Of a DNA stretch of 64,000 bases, positions 10,619 to 23,593 are shown in pieces. Made by a program: the position numbers and the translations under genes. How positions within the stretch are numbered: the stretch's first letter is position 1; every line of letters begins with the position of its first letter. The notes beneath the pieces were generated by a model. It was not told the DNA's origin, ran no database searches, and saw only the letters and a program-made list of their open reading frames with translations. This DNA is from Gammaproteobacteria bacterium (GTDB taxonomy: Bacteria; Pseudomonadota; Gammaproteobacteria; Eutrophobiales; Eutrophobiaceae): positions 3,328,001 to 3,392,000 of the forward strand of contig OZ244905.1 of assembly GCA_965221695.1 (NCBI GenBank), written 5' to 3'.

Positions 10619-11974
10619 ATGAATCTGTATATCCTCGGCATCTGCGGCACGTTCATGGGTGGTATCGCCCGTCTTGCGCAACAGCTTGGTCACCAGGTTG
10701 CGGGAAGTGATCAGAACGTTTATCCCCCCATGAGCGAGGAGTTGGCAAACGCAGGTATCGAGGTACGGCAGGGTTATGATCCGGACACTCTTGAGCCCCG
10801 GCCAGACCTGGTGATTATCGGCAATGCCCTGTCTCGCGGCAACAAGCTCGTGGAGCGCGTGCTGTCGGAGAAAATACCCTATATTTCCGGACCACAGTGG
10901 CTGGCGCAGAATGTGTTGCCGGGACGCATGGTTTATGCGGTGTCCGGCGTCCACGGCAAAACCACGACGGCAAGCATACTGGCCTGGCTGCTGCATGACT
11001 CGGGGCTGGAACCCGGATTTCTCATCGGTGGCGTGCCGGAAAATTTCGGCTGTTCAGCGTCCCTGGGCGGTTCGGATTTATTCGTGGTCGAAGCCGATGA
11101 ATATGACACGGCTTTTTTCGATAAACGTTCAAAATTTATCCACTATCATCCGGATACGTTGATCATCAACAACCTGGAATACGATCATGCGGATATATTC
11201 GACAGCATAGAAGAGATTCAAAAGCAGTTCCACCACCTTATCCGAACTGTGCCGGGCAACGGGCGGATTATTGCCAGGGGCGGCAGTCCGCATATTGATA
11301 AGATGCTGGAACTGGGATGCTGGTCGCCGGTGGTCCACTTTGGGGACCCATCCTGTGCCTGGCAAACCCGGCCGCTATGCCGTGATTACTCTGAATTTCA
11401 GGTCATTCACGATGATCGCGTGGTGGGTCAGGCACACTGGTCCTTATACGGCAAACATAATGCGGACAATGCGCTGGCGGCGTTGCTGGCGGCGCGCCAG
11501 GCTGGTATCCTTACACAACAGGCTTGCGCAAGCCTGTCCGGCTTCAGTAATGTAAAACGGCGCCTGCAATTTCTGGCGGAAGTCAACGGCATTTCGGTAT
11601 ATGATGATTTTGCGCATCATCCGACGGCCATAGGCTGCGCGCTGCAGGCGTTGAGAGATCGCATTGGAGATCAGCGTCTCGTTGCCGTGTTGGAATTGCG
11701 TTCAAATACGATGAAAAACGGAACCCATCAACACACCCTTGCTGCCGCTCTTACCGGTGCGGACCTGGTCTGCGTGCTTGAACCACCCGGGCTCCACTGG
11801 GACCTGAGAGCATGCCTAAGCGAATTAGGCAGCAGGGTATCGCTGTTGCCTGCCGTGGCCGATATCGTGGAGCAACTAGGCCAGAACGCGCAGCCCGGGG
11901 ACCATATCCTGATCATGAGCAACGGCGGTTTTGATAACATTTACCAGCGTTTGATTGAGAGGTTGTCGGAGTGA
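10619..11974 (+). CDS. mpl: Murein peptide ligase
   Basis: ILGICGTFMGG, HGKTTT, EADEYDTAFFDKRSKF, DDFAHHPTAI, MSNGGF. Confidence 0.96.
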   Translation: MNLYILGICGTFMGGIARLAQQLGHQVAGSDQNVYPPMSEELANAGIEVRQGYDPDTLEPRPDLVIIGNALSRGNKLVERVLSEKIPYISGPQWLAQNVLPGRMVYAVSGVHGKTTTASILAWLLHDSGLEPGFLIGGVPENFGCSASLGGSDLFVVEADEYDTAFFDKRSKFIHYHPDTLIINNLEYDHADIFDSIEEIQKQFHHLIRTVPGNGRIIARGGSPHIDKMLELGCWSPVVHFGDPSCAWQTRPLCRDYSEFQVIHDDRVVGQAHWSLYGKHNADNALAALLAARQAGILTQQACASLSGFSNVKRRLQFLAEVNGISVYDDFAHHPTAIGCALQALRDRIGDQRLVAVLELRSNTMKNGTHQHTLAAALTGADLVCVLEPPGLHWDLRACLSELGSRVSLLPAVADIVEQLGQNAQPGDHILIMSNGGFDNIYQRLIERLSE

Positions 11975-12582
11975 TGCTGAACATTCCCCTGTTTCCGTTG
12001 CACACGGTATTATTCCCGCACGGACGCCTGCCTTTGCGGATATTCGAACCTCGTTACCTGGACATGGTGAGCGAATGCATGAAGACCAATACAGGATTTG
12101 GCGTTTGCCTGATCAAGGAGGGGAGTGAAACGGGCGCTGCAGCCAATTGTTTCGATATCGGCGCTTATGCGGAAATAATCGATTTTTCAAGCCAAGAAAA
12201 CGGGTTATTAACTATCACCATTGAGGGTAAAAGACGTTTCAGGGTTCTGAAATCGCAAGTCCGGGCCAATAACCTGCTTACCGGAGACATCGACTGGGTC
12301 GACTCAGAGGCGGACGGTAAAAGCCTGCCGGGATTCGAGCCGCTCAAGGATCTGTACCTGCATTTCGTCAACAATTTTGAGACCTTGTATTCCGATGAAG
12401 ACCATGAGATGGTGAGCCCGGTGTTGCTGAGTTACCGGCTCGCGGAATTTTTGCCGCTTGACAATAGCCTCAGGCAGGAAATCCTGGAAACAGATGCAGT
12501 GAGGAACAGGTTAGAGCAAATCAAGACATACCTGGCCAAAATGGAAACCCAATTCGAAGCCGACAGTTCCGGCGCGCAATAA
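11971..12582 (+). CDS. LON peptidase substrate-binding domain protein
   Basis: IPLFPLHTVLFP..LPLRIFEPRYLDMV. Confidence 0.9.
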   Translation: MMLNIPLFPLHTVLFPHGRLPLRIFEPRYLDMVSECMKTNTGFGVCLIKEGSETGAAANCFDIGAYAEIIDFSSQENGLLTITIEGKRRFRVLKSQVRANNLLTGDIDWVDSEADGKSLPGFEPLKDLYLHFVNNFETLYSDEDHEMVSPVLLSYRLAEFLPLDNSLRQEILETDAVRNRLEQIKTYLAKMETQFEADSSGAQ

Positions 12583-12594
12583 TCGGACTGACGT

Positions 12595-13218
12595 TTGGTT
12601 TATCCGGATCTGACCCGAGCTTTGTCGCCGGCCACAATCAGCTTGGTCGGACTGACTCCGTTGCTGGCAGTTTCTGTGACTCTGATTACCGGCTTATCCA
12701 TGGGGCTTGTTTACCTTGCTGTGCTGAGCCTGACCAGCGTCACCGTATACTGCATCAGGCGCTTTATCCCCACGGACCTGGGTCTCATCTGTTTGCTGCT
12801 TGTCTCGGCGGCCTGGGTTTCAATCATCGATGTATTGATGCAAGCCTGTTGCTATGCGCTCCGAACGCGGCTGGATATCTATCTTTACCTGCTGGCAATG
12901 AACACCACACTTTTGTTTTATCTTGAAGCGTTCCCGTTACGGAAAAACCTCAGGGACTGTACCGCGGCCGGCTTGAGCGCGGCGCTGACCGGTGTTGCGT
13001 TGCTCGCAGTAATCGGCTTGTTGCGTGAACTGGCCGCGACAGGCGGAATTCTGACAGATAGCCGCTTGTTCTCGCACCTCGAACAACTGGAATCCTTGCA
13101 ACCCGCGTACTTTTTCAGCGGAGGAGCGCCGATATTTCAGACCAGCGCAGGCGCCTTGATCATTTTCGGGGTGGTATTGGTTATAATCGCATATTCCCGG
13201 GCGCGGGCCGCGCGCTGA
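12595..13218 (+). CDS. rsxE: Divergent RnfE/RsxE-family membrane protein
   Basis: LVGLTPLLAV, IGLLRELAATG, C-terminal SAGALIIFG; sits directly before nth as in rsxE-nth. Confidence 0.75.
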   Translation: MVYPDLTRALSPATISLVGLTPLLAVSVTLITGLSMGLVYLAVLSLTSVTVYCIRRFIPTDLGLICLLLVSAAWVSIIDVLMQACCYALRTRLDIYLYLLAMNTTLLFYLEAFPLRKNLRDCTAAGLSAALTGVALLAVIGLLRELAATGGILTDSRLFSHLEQLESLQPAYFFSGGAPIFQTSAGALIIFGVVLVIIAYSRARAAR

Positions 13219-13225
13219 CAAATCG

Positions 13226-13873
13226 TTGAACAAAACTAAGCGCACGCAGATATTCTCACTGTTACGGCAGCGCAATCCTGCGCCGACGACGGAGCTGCGC
13301 TATGCCAACCCGTTCGAGTTGCTGGTTTCGGTGATATTGTCGGCACAAGCCACGGATGTCAGCGTCAACAAGGCCACAGCAAAACTGTTTGCAGTGGCCA
13401 ACACGCCGGAGCAACTGATCGGCCTGGGCGTTGAGGGATTGAAGCGATATATCAAATCTATTGGTCTGTACAATACAAAAGCCGAAAATATCATTAAAAG
13501 CTGCCATATCCTGGCGCGCGACCACGCCGGGGTCGTGCCTGCTGACCGTGAAGCGCTGGAAAAACTGCCGGGAGTGGGCAGGAAAACAGCCAACGTGATT
13601 CTCAATACCGCGTTCGATCAGCCTACCATTGCTGTGGACACCCACATCTTCCGGGTCTCCAATCGCACTGGCCTGGCGCCGGGAAAAGATGTCCTGGAAG
13701 TCGAACAGCGGTTACTGAAATTCGTTCCCGAAGAGTATAAAAAAGACGCGCACCACTGGCTCATCCTGCATGGCCGCTATACATGCGTCGCGCGCAAGCC
13801 TAGATGCGATGCGTGTATAATTTACGAACTGTGTGAGTGGAAACAGAGAAAGTCGTTCAGGGCGCCGGAGTAG
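13226..13873 (+). CDS. nth: Endonuclease III
   Basis: LSAQATD, LPGVGRKTANV helix-hairpin-helix, VDTH, C-X6-C-X2-C-X5-C. Confidence 0.97.
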   Translation: MNKTKRTQIFSLLRQRNPAPTTELRYANPFELLVSVILSAQATDVSVNKATAKLFAVANTPEQLIGLGVEGLKRYIKSIGLYNTKAENIIKSCHILARDHAGVVPADREALEKLPGVGRKTANVILNTAFDQPTIAVDTHIFRVSNRTGLAPGKDVLEVEQRLLKFVPEEYKKDAHHWLILHGRYTCVARKPRCDACIIYELCEWKQRKSFRAPE

Positions 13874-13962
13874 GGCGATCACCTCTCCGGCTGATCAATA
13901 TTCATCCAAAATGAGTTGCTCTCCGTTTTCATGGGAGCAGGCTCTGTGGAGAGAACAGTATT

Positions 13963-15360
13963 ATGGTAAAAAAACTTCGAGTTTACGCATTACGCTCCGA
14001 TGCAACCTCCTGGTTGTCCCTGTTATTTGTAAGCGCCCTGACCTGCGTATTATGTTTTGCTGCGCGCGCCGCTGATTATCATAAACCGCCTGAGTTTTCG
14101 GTTCCTGAAGGAACAACCATTATTCATGCCGGGGCTTTGCTGGCTGTGCCCGGCGACCCGCCGGTCATGGAGCAGAGTGTTATTATCAAGGCCGGCAAGG
14201 TGGTTGATATTCACGCCGGTTACATGCCGGCGGACAGCATCGACTCCGACGCTGCAATTCGTGTTATAGATCTGTCAGATCAATTCGTGATGCCGGGTTT
14301 TATTGACTTGCACGTGCACCTGAGTTCACAGGCCGGTGGCGCCAACAAGTTGCAACGGGTGACCTATAGTGACGCCGACTATGCATTGAATGCGGCGATG
14401 CATGCTCGCAGGACACTGCTGGCGGGCTTTACCACGGTGCGCGATCTGGGATCACGCGGCAGGGCCGTATTTGCTTTGCGCGATGCTGTCAAAGCAGGGA
14501 AAGTCGCCGGGCCGAAAATCCTGGTATCCGGCGATCCCATTGCCGCAACAGGCGGTCATGGCGACGGTCATGGTTTCCGCCAGGAGGTGCTCGATGCGTT
14601 GCCCCGCGCCGGCATCTGCGACGGACCCGACTCGTGCCGGGCTGCGGTAAGGCGAATGGTAAAACGCGGCGCTGACGTCATCAAGGTTACTGCAACCGGC
14701 GGCGTATTAAGTGAGACTGCGGCCGGGGTGGGACAGCAACTGACCGATGCCGAATTGAAAGCTATCGTGGAAACTGCCCACGGCTTGGGACGCAAGGTCA
14801 CTGCCCATGCCCATGCCAAGGAAGGCATTGAAGCCGCATTAAGAGCAGGTTTTGATTCGATCGAACATGCGATGTGGGCGGACGCGGGCACTATGGAGCT
14901 GTTCAAAGAAACAGGGGCGTGGCTGATCCCGACGGTGTATCCGATCACCGCAGTAGGCGATACCCCGGAGAAAATGAAACAAGGCCCATTCAAAGACATG
15001 CCTGCCCCGATAATGGAAAAATTGCTGGCGCTGGGCAGACAGCCCAAAGACATGACTGCGCTGGCTCATAAAATGGGGGTTAACATTGCGTTGGGAACAG
15101 ATTCCGCCGTTTCTCCGCATGGGGAAAATGCGAATGAGTTTATCGAATACGTCAATATCGGCATGTCCGAGATGGAAGCGCTGGTGGCCGGCACGATCAA
15201 TGCCGCAAGAGCTGCGGGTATAGACTCCACTGCAGGTTCTTTGGAGCCGGGCAAGGCAGCGGATATTGTGGCCATGCGAGGCAACCCCCTTGATGACATC
15301 AAAGCTGTTTTGGATGTGACATTTGTTATGCGCGATGGCGTAATCTTCAAACAACAATGA
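13963..15360 (+). CDS. Exported metal-dependent amidohydrolase (Xaa-Pro dipeptidase-like)
   Basis: Signal peptide, PGFIDLHVH, IKVTATGG, HAH, IEH, GTDS. Confidence 0.88.
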   Translation: MVKKLRVYALRSDATSWLSLLFVSALTCVLCFAARAADYHKPPEFSVPEGTTIIHAGALLAVPGDPPVMEQSVIIKAGKVVDIHAGYMPADSIDSDAAIRVIDLSDQFVMPGFIDLHVHLSSQAGGANKLQRVTYSDADYALNAAMHARRTLLAGFTTVRDLGSRGRAVFALRDAVKAGKVAGPKILVSGDPIAATGGHGDGHGFRQEVLDALPRAGICDGPDSCRAAVRRMVKRGADVIKVTATGGVLSETAAGVGQQLTDAELKAIVETAHGLGRKVTAHAHAKEGIEAALRAGFDSIEHAMWADAGTMELFKETGAWLIPTVYPITAVGDTPEKMKQGPFKDMPAPIMEKLLALGRQPKDMTALAHKMGVNIALGTDSAVSPHGENANEFIEYVNIGMSEMEALVAGTINAARAAGIDSTAGSLEPGKAADIVAMRGNPLDDIKAVLDVTFVMRDGVIFKQQ

Positions 15361-15392
15361 ACCTTCATTAACAGCACAATCCGGATCAGAAC

Positions 15393-16739
15393 ATGCGCAA
15401 GTTCATAACGATTTCTACCATCTTTTTCCTCCTCTCAACCAATGTCTTTGGCAAAGATCTGATCATTGAAGAGGTTGTTCTGATAGACGGCGTTGGCCGG
15501 CAACCAGTGGAACAAGCGAGCGTACTGATTCAAGAGGATACTATCAGTGAAATCATCCGGGGGAATTTCAGCGCTCCCAGGCGCGAACAGGCCCGCGTGA
15601 TTGATGGCAAAGGTAAATTCCTGATCCCCGGGCTAATGGATATTCATATTCACCTGGCGGGCAGTATCAAGGTGACCAAAGATGGTCTGCGCGAGGTGGA
15701 ACTGGATCGGCAAAAAGGGATTAGGGCGCTGCATGGATACCTTTACAGCGGTGTGACTTCACTTTATGACTCCGGCAATGTTCCCGACTATATTCTGAGC
15801 CTGAGGGAGCAGGAACGATCCGGCGCCATCACCAGCCCGCGTATCTTTGCCACAGGGGGTATTGTGACTTACCCCGGGAGTCACGGCAGTGGGCCGGGCG
15901 CGACTCTTGTGGATGACTGGCCGGCTGCGCGGCCGCAGTTGGACGAGCATATCAAACGCCGGCCCGATATATTGAAGCTGACCCTGGAAGAAAGGGGTTG
16001 GGGAGCGCGACCCTTGATTCCCAAGCTGCCCCTGCCGTTAATGGAGCGCATCATCGAGTACTACAACGATCACGGTATCCGCGCCACCGCGCACACGCCC
16101 AGCGAGCTCCGGGCAAGACAGGCCATATTTGCCGGCATAGACGCGTTGTCCCACCCGGTAATTGTCGGTCCTATTACCGATGAGTTTGCAAAACTCATGG
16201 GCGCAAAGAAAATTCCGATGGCTACCACACTGACTATAGGGGAAAACTACAGCCGCTTGGCGGAATATCCCGAGTATCTGGACCAGCCGCTCTACCAGGC
16301 GACGCTTACAGAAGAAGAAATCACACAATTGAAAACAGAAACCCGGCAGGCATACCAGGACCGCACCTGGACCTGGTGGATGAAGCTGATGACGCCCATC
16401 GCCCAGGAAAACCTGCGTAAAATTCATGCTGCCGGCGGCATATTGGCGCTGGGAACCGACCAGACCATCGGTCCGGCCGCGCACCGCGAAATGGAACTTT
16501 TGGCTGCGGCCGGTATACCCGCGCCGGATATCATCCGCATAGCCACGCTGAACGCAGCAAAATTCCTGGGTATGGAAGAGAAGTTGGGATCGATTGAGGA
16601 AGGCAAACTCGCCGACCTGGTATTGCTGAACGCCAACCCGCTGGAAGATATCGATAACGCCAAAAACATCGACATGGTCATCAAAAACGGCCGGATTATC
16701 GACAGGGAAAAACTGGATTTGCCGATTAATAATCGATAA
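15393..16739 (+). CDS. Exported amidohydrolase family protein
   Basis: Signal peptide, PGLMDIHIH, GTD, GSIEEGKLADLV. Confidence 0.88.
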   Translation: MRKFITISTIFFLLSTNVFGKDLIIEEVVLIDGVGRQPVEQASVLIQEDTISEIIRGNFSAPRREQARVIDGKGKFLIPGLMDIHIHLAGSIKVTKDGLREVELDRQKGIRALHGYLYSGVTSLYDSGNVPDYILSLREQERSGAITSPRIFATGGIVTYPGSHGSGPGATLVDDWPAARPQLDEHIKRRPDILKLTLEERGWGARPLIPKLPLPLMERIIEYYNDHGIRATAHTPSELRARQAIFAGIDALSHPVIVGPITDEFAKLMGAKKIPMATTLTIGENYSRLAEYPEYLDQPLYQATLTEEEITQLKTETRQAYQDRTWTWWMKLMTPIAQENLRKIHAAGGILALGTDQTIGPAAHREMELLAAAGIPAPDIIRIATLNAAKFLGMEEKLGSIEEGKLADLVLLNANPLEDIDNAKNIDMVIKNGRIIDREKLDLPINNR

Positions 16740-16801
16740 CGCGGCTGTTTCTCCAGAGTCTCCTCAATAATTTATCCTGTACATATTTGAGTAGAGAACA
16801 T

Positions 16802-16833
16802 TTGCCACAATAAATGTTATGTTGTAACATGTC
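16802..16833 (+). promoter_or_regulatory. Sigma70 promoter overlapped by a Zur-like box
   Basis: TTGCCA-N17-TAACAT; TAAATGTTATGTTGTAACATGTC (16811-16833) has 4 mismatches to GAAATGTTATA-N-TATAACATTTC. Confidence 0.7.
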
Positions 16834-16958
16834 ATTTATTGTGGCTGTTCGGCTGTCACTCTATTATGGAACCTCTATATTGAGTTAGAGTTTTTCTTGA
16901 TTTCACGACTGTTAAAATGAAGTATCCCCGAACCGCTGTTTGAGGTAAGAAACATAAA

Positions 16959-17357
16959 ATGTTCACGGACAAAATAGCCATCAGCCTGTCTTTGCTTTGT
17001 GTGATCCATTGCCTGGCTTCTCCTTTGATCATTGTGATGCTGCCGAGCCTGATGGCATTGCAGTTCGATGATGAAGCTTTTCATCTGTGGATGGTACTGG
17101 CTGTGATACCCACGAGTGTCTACGCATTGACCATGGGCTGCAAACAGCACAAGCGCTATCGATTGCTTGCCGTGGGTTTATTTGGCTTGTTTTTTTTACT
17201 GTTAGCCGTCCTTATAGGTGAAAGTATTATTGACGAATTCTGGGAAAAGGCGTTCACCGTTATCGGCGCCGCCACTATTGCCCTGGGCCATTATTGGAAT
17301 TACCACTTGTGCCGGCAAAAGGACTATTGTGTTTGTCCGGAACAACCCGTTGGATAA
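16959..17357 (+). CDS. MerC-domain membrane protein
   Basis: DKIAISLSLLCVIHCL, EAFH, four TM segments, GHYWN; GAGG RBS. Confidence 0.88.
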   Translation: MFTDKIAISLSLLCVIHCLASPLIIVMLPSLMALQFDDEAFHLWMVLAVIPTSVYALTMGCKQHKRYRLLAVGLFGLFFLLLAVLIGESIIDEFWEKAFTVIGAATIALGHYWNYHLCRQKDYCVCPEQPVG

Positions 17358-17370
17358 GCGCCCGATGACC

Positions 17371-17595
17371 ATGCTGGCTAAACTCACTTCTAAAAATCAG
17401 TTAACACTACCAAAAAAAGTGATATCCGAGTTTGAAGATACAGAGTACTTTGATGTGACCGAGGAACAGGGTCGTATAATACTGACGCCTGTTCGGTTTA
17501 ACCGCGCCGACTCGACAAGAAAAAAGTTAGCCGAGCTAGGGATATCTCAGGCAGATATCGCTGATGCCGTCAGTTGGGCGCGGCGCGGTGAATAA
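17371..17595 (+). CDS. AbrB/MazE/SpoVT-family antitoxin
   Basis: MLAKLTSKNQLTLPK...GRIILTPV. Confidence 0.85.
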   Translation: MLAKLTSKNQLTLPKKVISEFEDTEYFDVTEEQGRIILTPVRFNRADSTRKKLAELGISQADIADAVSWARRGE

Positions 17596-17737
17596 AACGC
17601 CTCGTGTCGTCCTTGATACTAATGTGCTGGTTTCAGCGCTGTTATTTCAGAAAGGCAGACTGAATTGGCGCCAGATTTTTCCATTCCTATTCTTACACCG
17701 AGCGCATTTCGAGATAGCTAACAGCCAAGCCATTTAA
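17588..17737 (+). pseudogene. Truncated PIN-domain toxin
   Basis: GTG-start ORF MNKTPRVVLDTNVLVSALLFQKGRLNW... stops after 49 aa; only the first PIN acidic motif remains. Confidence 0.8.
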
Positions 17738-17758
17738 ACCTGCGCGCACATGTGCTAG

Positions 17759-19492
<1,734 letters not shown>

Positions 19493-19494
19493 AC

Positions 19495-21960
<2,466 letters not shown>

Positions 21961-21964
<4 letters not shown>

Positions 21965-22677
21965 CACAACTGACGACGCCGGATTTTTGGGCTGTCATAC
22001 CGGCCGGGGGCGTGGGCCGGCGCATGAAAGCGGATAGACCCAAGCAATATCTCAAGCTATTGGGACGCACCGTGCTGGAACACAGCCTGATCCCGTTTTG
22101 CGATCATCCGTTGATCAAGGGTATTGTCGTGGTCGTGGCGGATGATGATGAGACCTGGCCGACCCTGGCGCTGGCCGGCCATGCCCGGATCACCAGGGCC
22201 GGAGCGGGTAGGGAACGCTGTCATTCCGTACTGAACGGTCTTAACCGACTTGCGAAATGTGCTTTGGACACTGATTGGGTACTGGTCCACGATGCGGCTC
22301 GCCCGTGTGTCACTGTGGCCGACATAGACCATCTAATTAACGGGGCTGGGCGCCATCCGGTGGGCGGCATCCTGGCCCTTCCGGTCAGAGATACGGTAAA
22401 ACAGGCAGGATCACAAGACGAGATTGAACTGACGCTGGACCGTAACCGGCTCTGGCGCGCGCTGACGCCGCAGATGTTCCGGCTGGGACCGTTGCGGGAA
22501 GCGATTACCGCCGCGTTAGGGGATAATGTTCTGGTCACGGACGAAGCCCAGGCTTTGGAGCGCAGCGGACGCCGACCGGCAATTGTACAAGGCGAACCGC
22601 ACAATATTAAGGTCTCTTTGACAGAGGATCTGGCGCTGGCGAAATTCTATCTGACTGCACAGGCGAAAAAACAATGA
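21961..22677 (+). CDS. ispD: MEP cytidylyltransferase
   Basis: PAGGVGRRM..PKQY, VLVHDAARP, TPQMF. Confidence 0.96.
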
Positions 22678-23141
22678 GAATCGGTCACGGTTATGATTCC
22701 CACAGGTTCTTGGCAGGCCGCCCACTGGTGTTGGGCGGCGTCAACGTGCCTCACGACAAGGGTTTGCAGGCGCACTCAGACGGTGATGTCGTGATCCACG
22801 CGCTGTGCGATGCGCTGCTCGGCGCGGCCGCGCTGGGTGATATCGGCGCGCATTTCCCGGATACCAGTGGGGAATTCAAAAACATCGACAGCAGAGTCCT
22901 GCTGCGGCGCACGCGCGCGTTGCTGGCGCAGAAAAGACTTGAAGTGAACAATGCCGATATCACCATCATTGCGGAAGAGCCCAAAATGGCGCCCCACATC
23001 AGCGCGATGCGGAACAACCTGTGCGCCGACCTGTCCGTAGCCGCGGACGCGGTCAATATCAAAGCAACCACCAATGAGAAAATGGGCGCCATCGGCAACT
23101 GCGAAGGCATCGCAGTACACGCAGTAGTCGCGCTAAAATAA
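22674..23141 (+). CDS. ispF: MEcDP synthase
   Basis: MRIGHGYDSH, HSDGDV, DIGAHFP, KATTNE. Confidence 0.97.
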   Translation: MRIGHGYDSHRFLAGRPLVLGGVNVPHDKGLQAHSDGDVVIHALCDALLGAAALGDIGAHFPDTSGEFKNIDSRVLLRRTRALLAQKRLEVNNADITIIAEEPKMAPHISAMRNNLCADLSVAADAVNIKATTNEKMGAIGNCEGIAVHAVVALK

Positions 23142-23160
23142 CCCAACACTATTCCACCAC

Positions 23161-23202
23161 CAGTAAGTATTGACACATCGCTTTTAGTATCTATACTTAC
23201 TG
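23161..23202 (+). promoter_or_regulatory. Sigma70 promoter embedded in an inverted repeat
   Basis: TTGACA(23170)-N16-TATACT(23192), bracketed by CAGTAAGTAT / ATACTTACTG. Confidence 0.65.
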
Positions 23203-23207
23203 CATAT

Positions 23208-23495
23208 ATGCGCGTTGATCAAAAACGACTACTTGCCTGGCTGCTCGGCGCCCTGGTTATATTCGGGCAGACAGCCGCGCTTGCTCACGAGTTCGACCAT
23301 GATGTACTGACAGCGCATGAATATTGCGAGCAATGCCTGACACAGTCGGTGCTCAACGGCAACGCGCTTGTCGCTGCCAATACCTGCATTACTCCGCATT
23401 CTGACGGGGCGCCAGCCGTCCCGGTTCAAAACACTTATCATTCACACCATACATCCACTTTACACGCGCGTTCCCCCCCAGTATCTCTCACATAA
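23208..23495 (+). CDS. DUF2946/CruR-like metal-sensing leader protein
   Basis: N-terminal signal/TM, HEFDH, CEQC, C-terminal ARSPP (RAPP-like); directly upstream of a TonB receptor. Confidence 0.75.
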   Translation: MRVDQKRLLAWLLGALVIFGQTAALAHEFDHDVLTAHEYCEQCLTQSVLNGNALVAANTCITPHSDGAPAVPVQNTYHSHHTSTLHARSPPVSLT

Positions 23496-23593
23496 CTGAT
23501 TAAGCTGTAGGTATGAATAGCGCCCGGCGCTGTTCCAAGGAAACTCCGGTTCAACCGGAGGCTCCGAATTTTCGTATATGTGGAGATATCCAG

